From a virus (Duplodnaviria > Caudoviricetes), in IMG/VR virus record IMGVR_UViG_3300043436_001540, positions 1 to 55,238 of that record: DNA of 55,238 nt; one strand, written 5' to 3'. Below are positions 13,989 to 24,000 of this stretch, piece by piece (position 1 is the first letter of the stretch; every line of letters begins with the position of its first letter). Under the pieces are notes generated by a model, which was not told the DNA's origin, did not search any database, and saw nothing but the letters and a program-made list of their open reading frames with translations. The translations under genes and the position numbers were made by a program.

Positions 13989-14678
13989 TTACTGTGCCTC
14001 TTTATTTTCTGTGATAAACTGGGTAATCATGGGAAATATTGGAGCAATTGCTCTAGCACATTCTTTTGCCAAAAGCATATGTTCCTTCTGGGTCCCATTA
14101 CCAGATCTTAGTTCTATATAATGTATCCAAGAACGTACACTTCCTTGCATATAAAGACGCGACACTGTATTACCTTCAGGTAAAATGGATCTTGCAACTT
14201 CTTTTGCAATACCATTATCTAGTGCCCATTTGTAAGCCAATTTGGTTTCATGAATTAGTTGTTCTTGTTTTGCACGCCATGTTCTATCCAAATCACGATC
14301 GAATGGTCTATCCATATTCATATCAATAGAATCTTGCCGATTTTTATCATGCTTATATCTAGCTTCGCGAATGATATAAGGATTGCCCATTGCATCAACT
14401 TCCTTGTATCGCTGACTAAACTCCTGAAAAGAGAATGAACGATGGCGCAAAACCTGTCGGGCGATATCACGAGTCGTTTCAATTTCAAGAGTCATCGAAG
14501 CCATTTCAAATGGACTCCAATGTTTATGTGTAATAAGATATGAAAGTAAGTTTTTTGCATTAGTAAAGTCGTCTTGAAATTGTGGATTACTGACCTTTGC
14601 ACAATACGCGATAAACTCTTCGAGGTTATCAATACCGATAATCTTTGGGTCAGTTGCTCCCACCAAATTTACTTTCAT
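13989..14678 (-). CDS. thyX: FAD-dependent thymidylate synthase
   Basis: HWSPFE, QVLRHRSFSFQEFSQRY. Confidence 0.95.
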   Translation of the reverse strand: MKVNLVGATDPKIIGIDNLEEFIAYCAKVSNPQFQDDFTNAKNLLSYLITHKHWSPFEMASMTLEIETTRDIARQVLRHRSFSFQEFSQRYKEVDAMGNPYIIREARYKHDKNRQDSIDMNMDRPFDRDLDRTWRAKQEQLIHETKLAYKWALDNGIAKEVARSILPEGNTVSRLYMQGSVRSWIHYIELRSGNGTQKEHMLLAKECARAIAPIFPMITQFITENKEAQ

Positions 14679-15688
14679 TAACATTTTCTCCAATAACTAA
14701 GTTGTAGTTTGCCTGTAAGGCCACTGTATATATTTTGATCAATAATTTCTTGAGGATCCAATCCTGACAATATCACATCATTAATGTCCTTGTCAACCAC
14801 TTTCTCTGGCCATATGCATACTTTATAACCGGCATCTAAAAGTTTTTCCATCCGTTGTACAATTTGTTTATTTCTAGGTTCATTATCAAAGACGTATACG
14901 GCATTTTGCATATTATCCAATCCCTCATTATTGCCGCCTGCATCACCAGTAGCAACAGCATTAGTCAGGAATAAAGAATCAATCTGCCCTTCTGTAATAT
15001 AGTACCGTTTATTAAAATCCACCTTGTCAAGGCCGAAAATCTTTTGTTTACTTTCATCAAGCATAATAGTAATATAACGAAGCTGAGACTTGCCGAAAGC
15101 TCGACCAGTAAACCCGAATAGATTACCACTCTTATCAATGAATGGTAGCACAAGTCTTGGCTCATCAAAATCTGTTTTTAGTTTGTCGGGAATGATCCCA
15201 TTCACCCAAGCATTAAATTTAGGCGCGTAGTATAATTTATAATGAACTGAACTCGGGATTTGTCGTTTTTCAACATATCTTTTGGCTGGATGGTCACTTT
15301 TTAGTTGGCTTATCTTCCTAATTTGTAATAAAGGAGAGGAAGACTTTTTAAAGTTTGGTACCTTATGCACAATGGTATCAATAGGAGATTTGATTTCCTC
15401 TCGAAGACCTTGCTCTAGTTTCGTATCAACAATATAATCATTGTATAGATTGATGTCAACTGACTTCAATAGATTCCGTAGTACCAAACTAGTACTACAG
15501 TTGAAGCAGTGAAAGAGTGCTTTGTTATCTTTCTCGACTAGCCATCCTCTGGCTTTTGTCTTTGATTGTTGACTGTCACCACATATAGGACATCTGAAAT
15601 TGACTTTATATGGACTTGTCGATGTGACCTTAAACCTTTCCAATCGTATCGACAATAGATTGACATACTTTAAATCTATATAATTCAA
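14678..15688 (-). CDS. DNA primase (T4 gp61)
   Basis: CPICGDS...HCFNC zinc finger, TOPRIM EGQIDS, DNEPRN, KDIND. Confidence 0.95.
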   Translation of the reverse strand: MNYIDLKYVNLLSIRLERFKVTSTSPYKVNFRCPICGDSQQSKTKARGWLVEKDNKALFHCFNCSTSLVLRNLLKSVDINLYNDYIVDTKLEQGLREEIKSPIDTIVHKVPNFKKSSSPLLQIRKISQLKSDHPAKRYVEKRQIPSSVHYKLYYAPKFNAWVNGIIPDKLKTDFDEPRLVLPFIDKSGNLFGFTGRAFGKSQLRYITIMLDESKQKIFGLDKVDFNKRYYITEGQIDSLFLTNAVATGDAGGNNEGLDNMQNAVYVFDNEPRNKQIVQRMEKLLDAGYKVCIWPEKVVDKDINDVILSGLDPQEIIDQNIYSGLTGKLQLSYWRKC

Positions 15689-15761
15689 CTCTCACCTCAA
15701 TAGTATTCCATGAACCATAAATTCATTATACCATCAATGTGAGAGTTGTAAACAAAAAAGA

Positions 15762-16046
15762 TCAGCTTTTGAAATATTGTGCTACAAGTGCACCAATGAC
15801 GGCCGTACTCACGATCCAAAAGAACATTCTGATATTGGCAATGACTCGTGCATTATCTTCAACCTTTTTATCTATGGCATCCAATTTCTCAGAGAACCGA
15901 TTCATACGGTCATATTGAGATGCATACTTAGACTCCATAGCAACAAGCTTTTCCTCGGCTCGAGCCAGAAAAACCATAGCTTCTGAAAGCTTATCAATTT
16001 TTTCTTCGATGCGATCCAGTCGCTTTTCGTTACCTACGTCAGCCAT
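15762..16046 (-). CDS. coiled-coil protein with C-terminal TM (holin-like?)
   Basis: Single C-terminal TM, next to the spanins. Confidence 0.55.
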   Translation of the reverse strand: MADVGNEKRLDRIEEKIDKLSEAMVFLARAEEKLVAMESKYASQYDRMNRFSEKLDAIDKKVEDNARVIANIRMFFWIVSTAVIGALVAQYFKS

Positions 16047-16525
16047 TAAAATAATCCTAATATCTTTTTGCGTTCTTGAGGTTGCTCGGAACCATCAATT
16101 TGTTTATTAACATTATTTATTTCTTCATTTGCGGCGTCTAATGCACTATTCGAATCTGCATAATATCCTTCGTACGCCACAATAATTGCATTGAGTTGTT
16201 GGATATGTGTTCTCAAATCATTAATATTAAGAGCAAGGGCTTGATAGCCTTTATCTGTCAACGCAAATAAAGCTACCGACTTACGTTCGGCCGTTAGTTT
16301 ACTAATTACTTCCTCATAATTTTCTGGCGTAATGATAATCCAATCGGCTTCACGCATATCAAGTCCATCAGCCTTAGGAAGTACTAATTCTGGTCTCTCA
16401 ATAGGTCTGGCCGATATTTCAATCTTCTGTGGTGGAGCACTAACACAACCACTAATTAGAAGAACCAGTCCAAAGCCAAGGACACTCGCTATTAAACGAT
16501 TTTGCACTTGTCGCACCCCTTTCAC
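16046..16525 (-). CDS. putative o-spanin (Rz1-like lipoprotein)
   Basis: Lipobox LLISGC; overlaps the upstream TM coiled-coil gene. Confidence 0.65.
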   Translation of the reverse strand: MKGVRQVQNRLIASVLGFGLVLLISGCVSAPPQKIEISARPIERPELVLPKADGLDMREADWIIITPENYEEVISKLTAERKSVALFALTDKGYQALALNINDLRTHIQQLNAIIVAYEGYYADSNSALDAANEEINNVNKQIDGSEQPQERKKILGLF

Positions 16526-16910
16526 TTTCTGTTAATTCTGCACCACTCAATAGTTCAAAACATCTTAATGCTTTATCCGAAGCACTGTTAATAGTTTTCT
16601 CAACCAACCCGGGCTTTTTTTCTGCTAATACACCAATATCATGTTTTTCTAGTCTGCTTTGAAGTTCACGATTTTGTGCACGACTTGCCGCAAACTCACC
16701 ATTAATTCGATTGAGTTCGGCCGCTTGTGATTCAAAATCTTTTTTCATACTGGAAATAGCATCTTCATTTGTCTGAACAGCTATTTCAAGTTTAGAATTA
16801 TTCTCTATAAGTATTGCCATTCTCTTTTGGCTGTCATTATAATACCAATAGAATGATGCGGCCATTGCCGCCATAAGCATTGCCATAATTCCTACTAATT
16901 TAAGTCCCAT
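16452..16910 (-). CDS. putative i-spanin (Rz-like)
   Basis: N-terminal TM then coiled coil, C-terminal Cys. Confidence 0.65.
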   Translation of the reverse strand: MGLKLVGIMAMLMAAMAASFYWYYNDSQKRMAILIENNSKLEIAVQTNEDAISSMKKDFESQAAELNRINGEFAASRAQNRELQSRLEKHDIGVLAEKKPGLVEKTINSASDKALRCFELLSGAELTESERGATSAKSFNSECPWLWTGSSN

Positions 16911-17425
16911 TATAGAATACCTTTTGGTATACGAGGTTTTGGAACTTCAGCTTGGTTCTTTCTCTTATATCTATTCATAGCAGATCTTTTCACACCAGGT
17001 TCACCTTTAGGTCCAATGCCGATACCGTCAATCTTTCCGGCGCCTACCGAATTGACAATGCCATCCTCAGTCATAAGTTCGAACTTTTTATTGACTTCAG
17101 TATTTTCTTTGATATAATCCATATATTCGACCAACTGTTGCTCGGATGGATTTTCATTCTGTTCTTTGATAAGCCACAATGCTGCAGCATAAGTACCGAG
17201 ACGAGTATTGCCTCCAGGTATCTTTTCTAATAATTTCTTTAGTTTTAAAACCATAAGATCAAATTTGCCAAATGCTTCTCTCTCAGCAACTAATCTTCTG
17301 TCCTTAGATCTTTTGAGAATGTTACCCTTCTCATCAATAATACCGAGCTTAAAAGCATTCCATTCTTTAAATGGAGTTGCCAAGCGCTTAATGAATTGAT
17401 ACACAAGAAATAGGTCGACAATCAT
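16910..17425 (-). CDS. conserved T4-like phage protein
   Basis: YQFIKRLATPFKEWNAFKLGIIDEKG motif familiar from T4-like genomes. Confidence 0.75.
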   Translation of the reverse strand: MIVDLFLVYQFIKRLATPFKEWNAFKLGIIDEKGNILKRSKDRRLVAEREAFGKFDLMVLKLKKLLEKIPGGNTRLGTYAAALWLIKEQNENPSEQQLVEYMDYIKENTEVNKKFELMTEDGIVNSVGAGKIDGIGIGPKGEPGVKRSAMNRYKRKNQAEVPKPRIPKGIL

Positions 17426-17796
17426 ATTTTTCTCAACTCTTCTACAATTTTAGGATCTAATGCTATATCGCTATCCAGAATTTTAATATTCTCATATTCT
17501 ATATATTCAGGCATATAGTTTAAAAATACTGTAAACGGTTTTACGAATGTATGATATTCTTTTAACTTAAAAAATAACATATTGGTCGCAGCTGGACCAA
17601 AACAATTATATAATACAATTAGGTGGTTTAAAATAAGTCTTAATCTTAAATCATTATCTTCTTCGTATCTTCTAAAAAGCCGTTTTAAATATTGGAATCT
17701 TTTTAGATCTTCATAGAACTCATCCATGCCAGACGAGCGTAATGTATCATAATGTTTTGCTGCATACAAAATGAATGTTTTTTCGTCAAGTATCAT
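17422..17796 (-). CDS. conserved T4-like phage protein
   Basis: EFYEDLKRFQYLKRL...RLILNHLIVLYNCFG. Confidence 0.75.
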   Translation of the reverse strand: MILDEKTFILYAAKHYDTLRSSGMDEFYEDLKRFQYLKRLFRRYEEDNDLRLRLILNHLIVLYNCFGPAATNMLFFKLKEYHTFVKPFTVFLNYMPEYIEYENIKILDSDIALDPKIVEELRKI

Positions 17797-17820
17797 ACTT
17801 CATCTCACCATTAATGAATA

Positions 17821-17842
17821 AGAGAGGGCCGAAGCCCTCTCT
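17821..17842. terminator. hairpin terminator
   Basis: AGAGAGGGC-CGAA-GCCCTCTCT (UUCG loop on the minus strand). Confidence 0.75.
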
Positions 17843-17853
17843 CGTATAGTATA

Positions 17854-18297
17854 TTAGCTGTCGGCCACAATTGGGTCGTCAGATCTTGCAACAGTACCGG
17901 TTCCGGTAGCCGCACCTCCGCTAATATCGGAGGTGAATGTAGTACCTACATCACTGTTAGCAGCACCTACAAGGGTGAAGTCAGTGTCACCAGCCGTTCT
18001 GATGGTATATACAGTATTGTTAGCCATTGCAGTAGCAGCAATAACAATAGCACCGACATCGCCTGCATTAGCAGCAGAAACTTTCATTGCAACAAGAGTT
18101 TCTACCTTGTGACGGGTAGCACCACCAGCAGCTGTATAAGTTGAATAGAGAGTCCAACCTGGAGTCTGGATTCCCTTCGCGCGGTTAGCTGAAATACCAG
18201 CTTCCGTAGTGTCAATGAAGTATACCTTTGCGGCTTCTTCAGTTGAAAGATACTTAGGCGCAGCTGCCTGTGTATCGGTTTTTCCCCATAGTGCCAT
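17854..18297 (-). CDS. putative virion structural protein
   Basis: MALWGKTD start, Ala/Thr/Gly-rich, late region. Confidence 0.65.
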   Translation of the reverse strand: MALWGKTDTQAAAPKYLSTEEAAKVYFIDTTEAGISANRAKGIQTPGWTLYSTYTAAGGATRHKVETLVAMKVSAANAGDVGAIVIAATAMANNTVYTIRTAGDTDFTLVGAANSDVGTTFTSDISGGAATGTGTVARSDDPIVADS

Positions 18298-18326
18298 TTT
18301 TGTTCTCCTTTACTATTGGGTGGTAA

Positions 18327-19688
18327 TTATTCTTGATGACGGAAATGAGCTAATTTCATACGTAATGGCTTTTTATCAGCTGGCAATTCAGTTGGGGTCT
18401 TTTCAACTTCTTCATTCTTCATGGCTTTTTTTGCTGCTTGTGCTGCTTGTTTAGCCTTAAATTTTTCATGTGCTGCCTTATTTGCATGCCATTCAGGGGA
18501 TCCATAAGGATGTGATTTAAACTTAAATTTTGGTTCTTTAAATTCTCTATCCCTTACAATATTAGCACCATCACCATCTTTAGCTTCAGTCTTAAATTCA
18601 GCGCTCTCGGTAGCACGAACTCTTGGTTCACCGGCAATACCAGGATATGCTTTTTTACCAGCAAGATTTACACCAGGTCTACGCTTCATCACTTGCTTGG
18701 TGGTTAATTCACCTGTGTTGGTCTTATCGGAAACTTTGCGAATGTAACGACGAACTAGATCACGAGAAATCTCGTCAATCTGATCAGCTTCTTCTTTCAC
18801 TTCTTTTGACTTGGAAGATTTAGCTTGTTGAGCACGCATCTTGTCTGCTTCTTTATCAGCTTTACGTGACGCTTTCAACATGTTACGATAGCCGCTGTCA
18901 CGGTATGAAGCTTCATCAATTTCAACTTCTTCTTTGATCTTATGGTCTGTGATTGTACCACCGTGCTTTTTAGCCCATGCCTTGGCTGCATCAGCTGGAC
19001 TTCCCATGCCTGACTTATATCCGGCACTATGGTTTTTACGACTATCACTTGCTTTTAGAGCATTGCCATCGGAGTCCTTAATCTTACGGATTTCATGACC
19101 TTTAGTACCATATGAACTATGGTCAAATACGCCCCAGTGACTTCCGTCGGGATGCTTAATGGTGTGATACTTCTGAGTTTTATGATTCCAATTGATCTGA
19201 ATCTCGTCAATCTGCTCAATTTCTTCATTCTTTAATCCACCCATCATGTTGCCATATGTTTTACGCATGACTGACTTAGCACTTATTGAAGGGCGCGGTT
19301 TACCTTTTTCATCTTTTTTACGATCGGCATCAATCTCGGCTTGAGTTGGCTTACGATATGCCTCTTCTTTTATTTCAGCACTTTCAGTAGCACTACGCGC
19401 ACGTTTTAAACTGTCGGCGCTTGGTGCACCTTTACTGCCCGGCGCCCGCATTCTTTCACCAGATCCCGCTTCGATACGCTTACGCTTGGCATGAATGTTT
19501 GCCCAAAGACCGGCGGCCTGTTCAGCCATTCCCTCTTTGATTTTGCCAATAGCCTTCGAAACTGCTTGACGACGCTTGTGTAGATATTCATCAGATGAAT
19601 CTGTATCGCCATCATTGTCGATATCTTTATCCTTAGCATTTTTATGCTTGCCTTTTAGGTCTTTATGATTAACTGGATCCAATGCCAT
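18327..19688 (-). CDS. putative internal head (injected) polyprotein
   Basis: K/E-rich; DIDNDGD EF-hand-like loop; repeated IKE/IDE/ATE motifs resembling gp21 cleavage sites. Confidence 0.6.
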   Translation of the reverse strand: MALDPVNHKDLKGKHKNAKDKDIDNDGDTDSSDEYLHKRRQAVSKAIGKIKEGMAEQAAGLWANIHAKRKRIEAGSGERMRAPGSKGAPSADSLKRARSATESAEIKEEAYRKPTQAEIDADRKKDEKGKPRPSISAKSVMRKTYGNMMGGLKNEEIEQIDEIQINWNHKTQKYHTIKHPDGSHWGVFDHSSYGTKGHEIRKIKDSDGNALKASDSRKNHSAGYKSGMGSPADAAKAWAKKHGGTITDHKIKEEVEIDEASYRDSGYRNMLKASRKADKEADKMRAQQAKSSKSKEVKEEADQIDEISRDLVRRYIRKVSDKTNTGELTTKQVMKRRPGVNLAGKKAYPGIAGEPRVRATESAEFKTEAKDGDGANIVRDREFKEPKFKFKSHPYGSPEWHANKAAHEKFKAKQAAQAAKKAMKNEEVEKTPTELPADKKPLRMKLAHFRHQE

Positions 19689-19716
19689 TTTTATCTCCGT
19701 GAATTGTTTTAACTAT

Positions 19717-20169
19717 TTATTCATTCTCTTCATCGGGCTCTTCGTCCTCTTCGTCGGCTTCTTCATCAGCCGACATATTGACATATACGTCCGTGAGACT
19801 TTTGGATGCAGTTATAATTTCACTCAGTTGCCATCTTTTAACCATAATACCTTCGTCCATCATATCAAGGATCTCTTCAGCCGCCATAATAGCAGCATTG
19901 AGTTCGGATCTAGTCATGTCGTCCCATTCATTATACCCGGCTTCTTCTTCCATCTTTTTCTTTTTTCTCATCATATGGAAATCTTGAGCATCAATCTTAC
20001 CATTCTTATTGTGATCAAGTTTCTTTTGATCACCTTTAAGTTCTTCCTTGGTAAGGTTGAGTTTATCGGGAACCATTCTGGTGCGTGTTTTACCTTTTGA
20101 GTCTACATAATTTTCAGGCTTACGAGCAGCCGAATTAATAGCCTCTAATATTTGTGAAAACGTTTTCAT
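19717..20169 (-). CDS. hypothetical late protein with EF-hand-like loop
   Basis: MKTFSQILE start, DHNKNGKIDAQDF. Confidence 0.65.
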   Translation of the reverse strand: MKTFSQILEAINSAARKPENYVDSKGKTRTRMVPDKLNLTKEELKGDQKKLDHNKNGKIDAQDFHMMRKKKKMEEEAGYNEWDDMTRSELNAAIMAAEEILDMMDEGIMVKRWQLSEIITASKSLTDVYVNMSADEEADEEDEEPDEENE

Positions 20170-20172
20170 TTG

Positions 20173-21075
20173 TTATCCTAGCAATTTGGCTAATGTTTTT
20201 GGTCCCGCAACACCATCGGCTACAAGTCCATTCTTTGCTTGATATTCTTTAACGGCACGTTTGGTATTTGGTCCGAATACACCATCGGCAGGAGATAGCC
20301 CTAGTTTCGCCTGAAGAGCCTTAACAGTTTCACCACGCGAACCAATGTTTAGCGCTTCGGTTAGATCAAGATCTGATGAGGATGCAGACTGACTGGTAGT
20401 ATTGGTGATCTTAAGATTTGCAGGTGTTGGGGTGACCGATACTTTCCCACCGAGAACGGCAAGACCTTTTTCCCAACGTGCCTTACGATCCGCAAGTCCA
20501 ATATCGCCGCCATTAATAACTTTGGTCATCTTTACAATATCACCGGAATCAGCAATTGCATTGAGTTTCTTTGCGTTCCAGAACCAGCATGCCGATTCAA
20601 TTGCACCCTTTTCGGTTGCAACATAGACTGCTGCTTCCTCGGCAGTCATGCCTACAGATTTACCAAAGTTAGTATAGTTTTCACGGCCGGTCAATTGCTT
20701 AAGTCCACGACCACGGAATAGCCAACCGTCGCCTTCTTTTACGTTACCCATCTTTGATGTACGGAACTCATCCATGTAGACATAGTTAGCAATCTTTTCA
20801 GGCTTGCCAGCATATTCAGCAGCATTACGCTTCCCGGCGCCAAAATATCGAGGGAATATCTTGAGGAGAGTAGCTTCCTTATAATTTAGGTTTTCTTCTA
20901 GTGCAGTGAAGTTTGCACTCTCATGCGCGCACTGAGCAACAAATCCGACAATACGATTCGGTGTATTGATTTCGTACTTTGGAAAGATTTCCATCATTGC
21001 TTTATACCATGACGATACATTCTTATTTGTAGGGATCATTGCCGCTAGGTGTTCTTCTTTAAATTCAAAACTCAT
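20173..21075 (-). CDS. endolysin: glycoside hydrolase family 19 + peptidoglycan-binding domain
   Basis: AQCAHES, ENLNY, FRGRGLKQLTGRENY, INGG; C-terminal DGVFGPNT/DGVAGPKT. Confidence 0.9.
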   Translation of the reverse strand: MSFEFKEEHLAAMIPTNKNVSSWYKAMMEIFPKYEINTPNRIVGFVAQCAHESANFTALEENLNYKEATLLKIFPRYFGAGKRNAAEYAGKPEKIANYVYMDEFRTSKMGNVKEGDGWLFRGRGLKQLTGRENYTNFGKSVGMTAEEAAVYVATEKGAIESACWFWNAKKLNAIADSGDIVKMTKVINGGDIGLADRKARWEKGLAVLGGKVSVTPTPANLKITNTTSQSASSSDLDLTEALNIGSRGETVKALQAKLGLSPADGVFGPNTKRAVKEYQAKNGLVADGVAGPKTLAKLLG

Positions 21076-21086
21076 ATTAGTTCTCC

Positions 21087-24000
21087 TCAGTATGAAATAG
21101 ATTTATTTGGGCTAGTAAAGTTCTTCTTACGCATAATCGTTTTGAAGGTCACTTCTACTTCGCCATTTTTATAGTCGATAACAACAGGCATATTAAGATT
21201 TCTCTGAAGGTCCTTCAGAATGGCCTCAATGCCACGATTGCCTTTAATTTTCATGCCTTTATTGACATATACCTTTCGGAAAAAGTCCTTTAATTCCTTG
21301 ACATTAATGCAAGGCGTATTACGTTCGTCCGACATACGATCACCAAAGTGTCTTGTAAATTCGATATCAATGCCATAGTCATTCAATAGATTATCGGCGA
21401 ACTTCTCTAATTCATGAATATCAGCTTGTGAAATGAGCGCACATTGAGCTTCTTCATTAAGCATATTTTCAAATGCTTCATCAATAGTCTCTTCTTTTAA
21501 TCTATTGGTAATTTGTCTGAATCTACGATGCGCTTTTGCGTCAATTTGACGAGCTCTTTCAATACTAACATTTAACTCTTTTGCTATTTGTGCAAAGGTC
21601 ATACCATCAGAAACACGCATTTTATAAGCTTCAAGTTCTCTATCCCTAGCTGCCGCCGCTCTATCATCACCCGGTCTTGTTTTCTTATACATAGCAATTA
21701 TCTTTTGCAAATCAATTTTGGAATCAGCACTGATTGCTTCATTTACGCTTGAATGTGGTGTATCCTTTTTATATTTTTTAGTGAGTTTTGTAGTTCCCCA
21801 CTCACCTGCACCATATTCTTCACTACGAACCTTTGCAGCTAGATCAGAATCTGCCTTACCCCAGGTACCAGAGGATTTAGTAACAAAGGAATTGACACGT
21901 GCGTGACCCCACTGTGATGGGGTTGTTCCAGGTCTGTGACCTGTTTTCCATGCAGCCACTCCTCGGTTATAAACCTGGCGTAATATACCAATAGGCATGC
22001 CGGTCTTGTCGGCTTTTTTCTTTAACGAAGCTGTTGCATCTTCAAAAACTTCTGTATTCTCACCATACATTTGTCTATATTTTTTCGTATGTTTTGATTC
22101 TTTGGTTTTGGCTTCGGCATCACCTGGAGCTGGCGCATATGCACTTGGATCATTATCTGCTTTTTTGCCGTGATATTCAAAATGTCTTGCGCGATCATCT
22201 TTTTTATCCTTTGGCACACCCTTATAATATCCTTTGGGTTGTGTACCTGGTCTGGATTTAATATCTGGATCCTGTGGTGTAGTTGTTCCCTCTTTTACAG
22301 TCTGGGATTTAATCCATTCTTTTGCTTTTGGATGATCGGGAGTTTGTTTTGCCCATGCAGATATTTTACGATAGGTACCTAATACAGCACCTTCAAAATT
22401 GGACCCATCGGAATTATCAATGATGTACATCTTTTGGCTAAAGAAGTTCTGGAATTTACCAATATTCTTTTGAACGGCATTCCACATTGCTTCGACTTCA
22501 GCATCAGGTAATGATCTTGCCCGAGCACGATTACGATCCTTGGCAGTATTTAAATCGGTATTGACAAAGATCATAGCCACTTCATATCCGATATCACGGA
22601 GTTTCTTGGCCTGCTTTTCGATCTTTTCATAATCCTTACCGGTGCCATCAATCACAAGACCAAGACGACCATTCATTGCAAGGTCCATTCTCTTACCGGT
22701 AAGAGCCACAGCACCTCTACGAACCTCCTGACCTTTGTCAGAATAGATATCCTCAGGAGTTGTTTTAAGACCAGCCTTTGCAAGAGCTCTTTCAAATGCA
22801 TCATCTGAATTGATTACTTTAAAACCAAGAGAAGTCAAAGCAGTCTTACCTACGATAAATGACTTACCTGAGCCAGGGCCGCCAGCAAGGAATACAGCCT
22901 TGAAGATTGAAGGATCATTGACACCTTCAGTAATAGAGGCTGTTTCACACTGGCCGCAGCAGTTAGGTGTTCCGCAGTTTGGGTGTGCTAACATGTTTTC
23001 GAAAGCGGCGTCAACTGATTCGTATGCAATATGCTTTTTACTATGCTGTTTCTCACCGGCATATTTACGCATCATCTTTTTATAGATACCTGGTTCAATA
23101 CCACTGATATCTTCTGGAGTCGACTTATCAAACTCGTCAACATCACCGTCCTGATCTAAGTCAATACGACGATGCTTTTTGCTGATCTGATGTTTTAATG
23201 GAACATTAGGATCAAGTAAATGTGGATGAATATGCATTTCAGTCCAATTTGCAATATAAGCATTTACGGCATCAAAGCCGGCTTGCTCACTGATATTCGA
23301 TGCAGAATGATATACTGCTTCAATGAATGCTAAGTCTATACCTGATCTATCTGCTTTGTTCTTTAGAGCGACTTGAACTTTGGCGCTTTGATTTGCAATG
23401 GTCTCAAAAAGTTCATCGACGAGACCAATGAGTTCAACATCTTCAGTTACCTTACGATTACGCTTGAATCTAAAATTAGGATTTACAGTAGAATCTTTCC
23501 TGTATAGGGCACGATATCTCTTAGCCTCATCAAGGTATGTTTCAAAAGCTTCATTTACATTCTTTTTCTCTTGAGGTCCATGCATGATATGTTTGAATCT
23601 GATTAATTCATCCTTGCGCACTTGTGGTAAGAGTCTCTTTGCAAGTCTACCGATAGCTCTTTTACGCTTATCCACGAGTTTATCAATCTGAATCTTTTCA
23701 CTTGCAGATAAGGATCCGTATTGTTGACCCTTCGCGCCTGCAACTCTACGACGAATGAGTTCGATTGCTCTTTTGCGAGAACGTCTTTCAAGTGCGGTTG
23801 TTGGTGCTAATCTTTTTTGTGCACGGGCACGTGCCACTTTTAATCTTGGTTCAAGACGACGCATGACTTGAGCACGCTTCAGTCTTTGCTGAATTGAAAG
23901 TACTGCTTCCTCGAGCTCCAGACCTTCTGATATACGCATACCAGCACGGACAAGTTTATAGATATCATTACCGTGAGTTTTGAGTTTGGTTGGAAGACCC

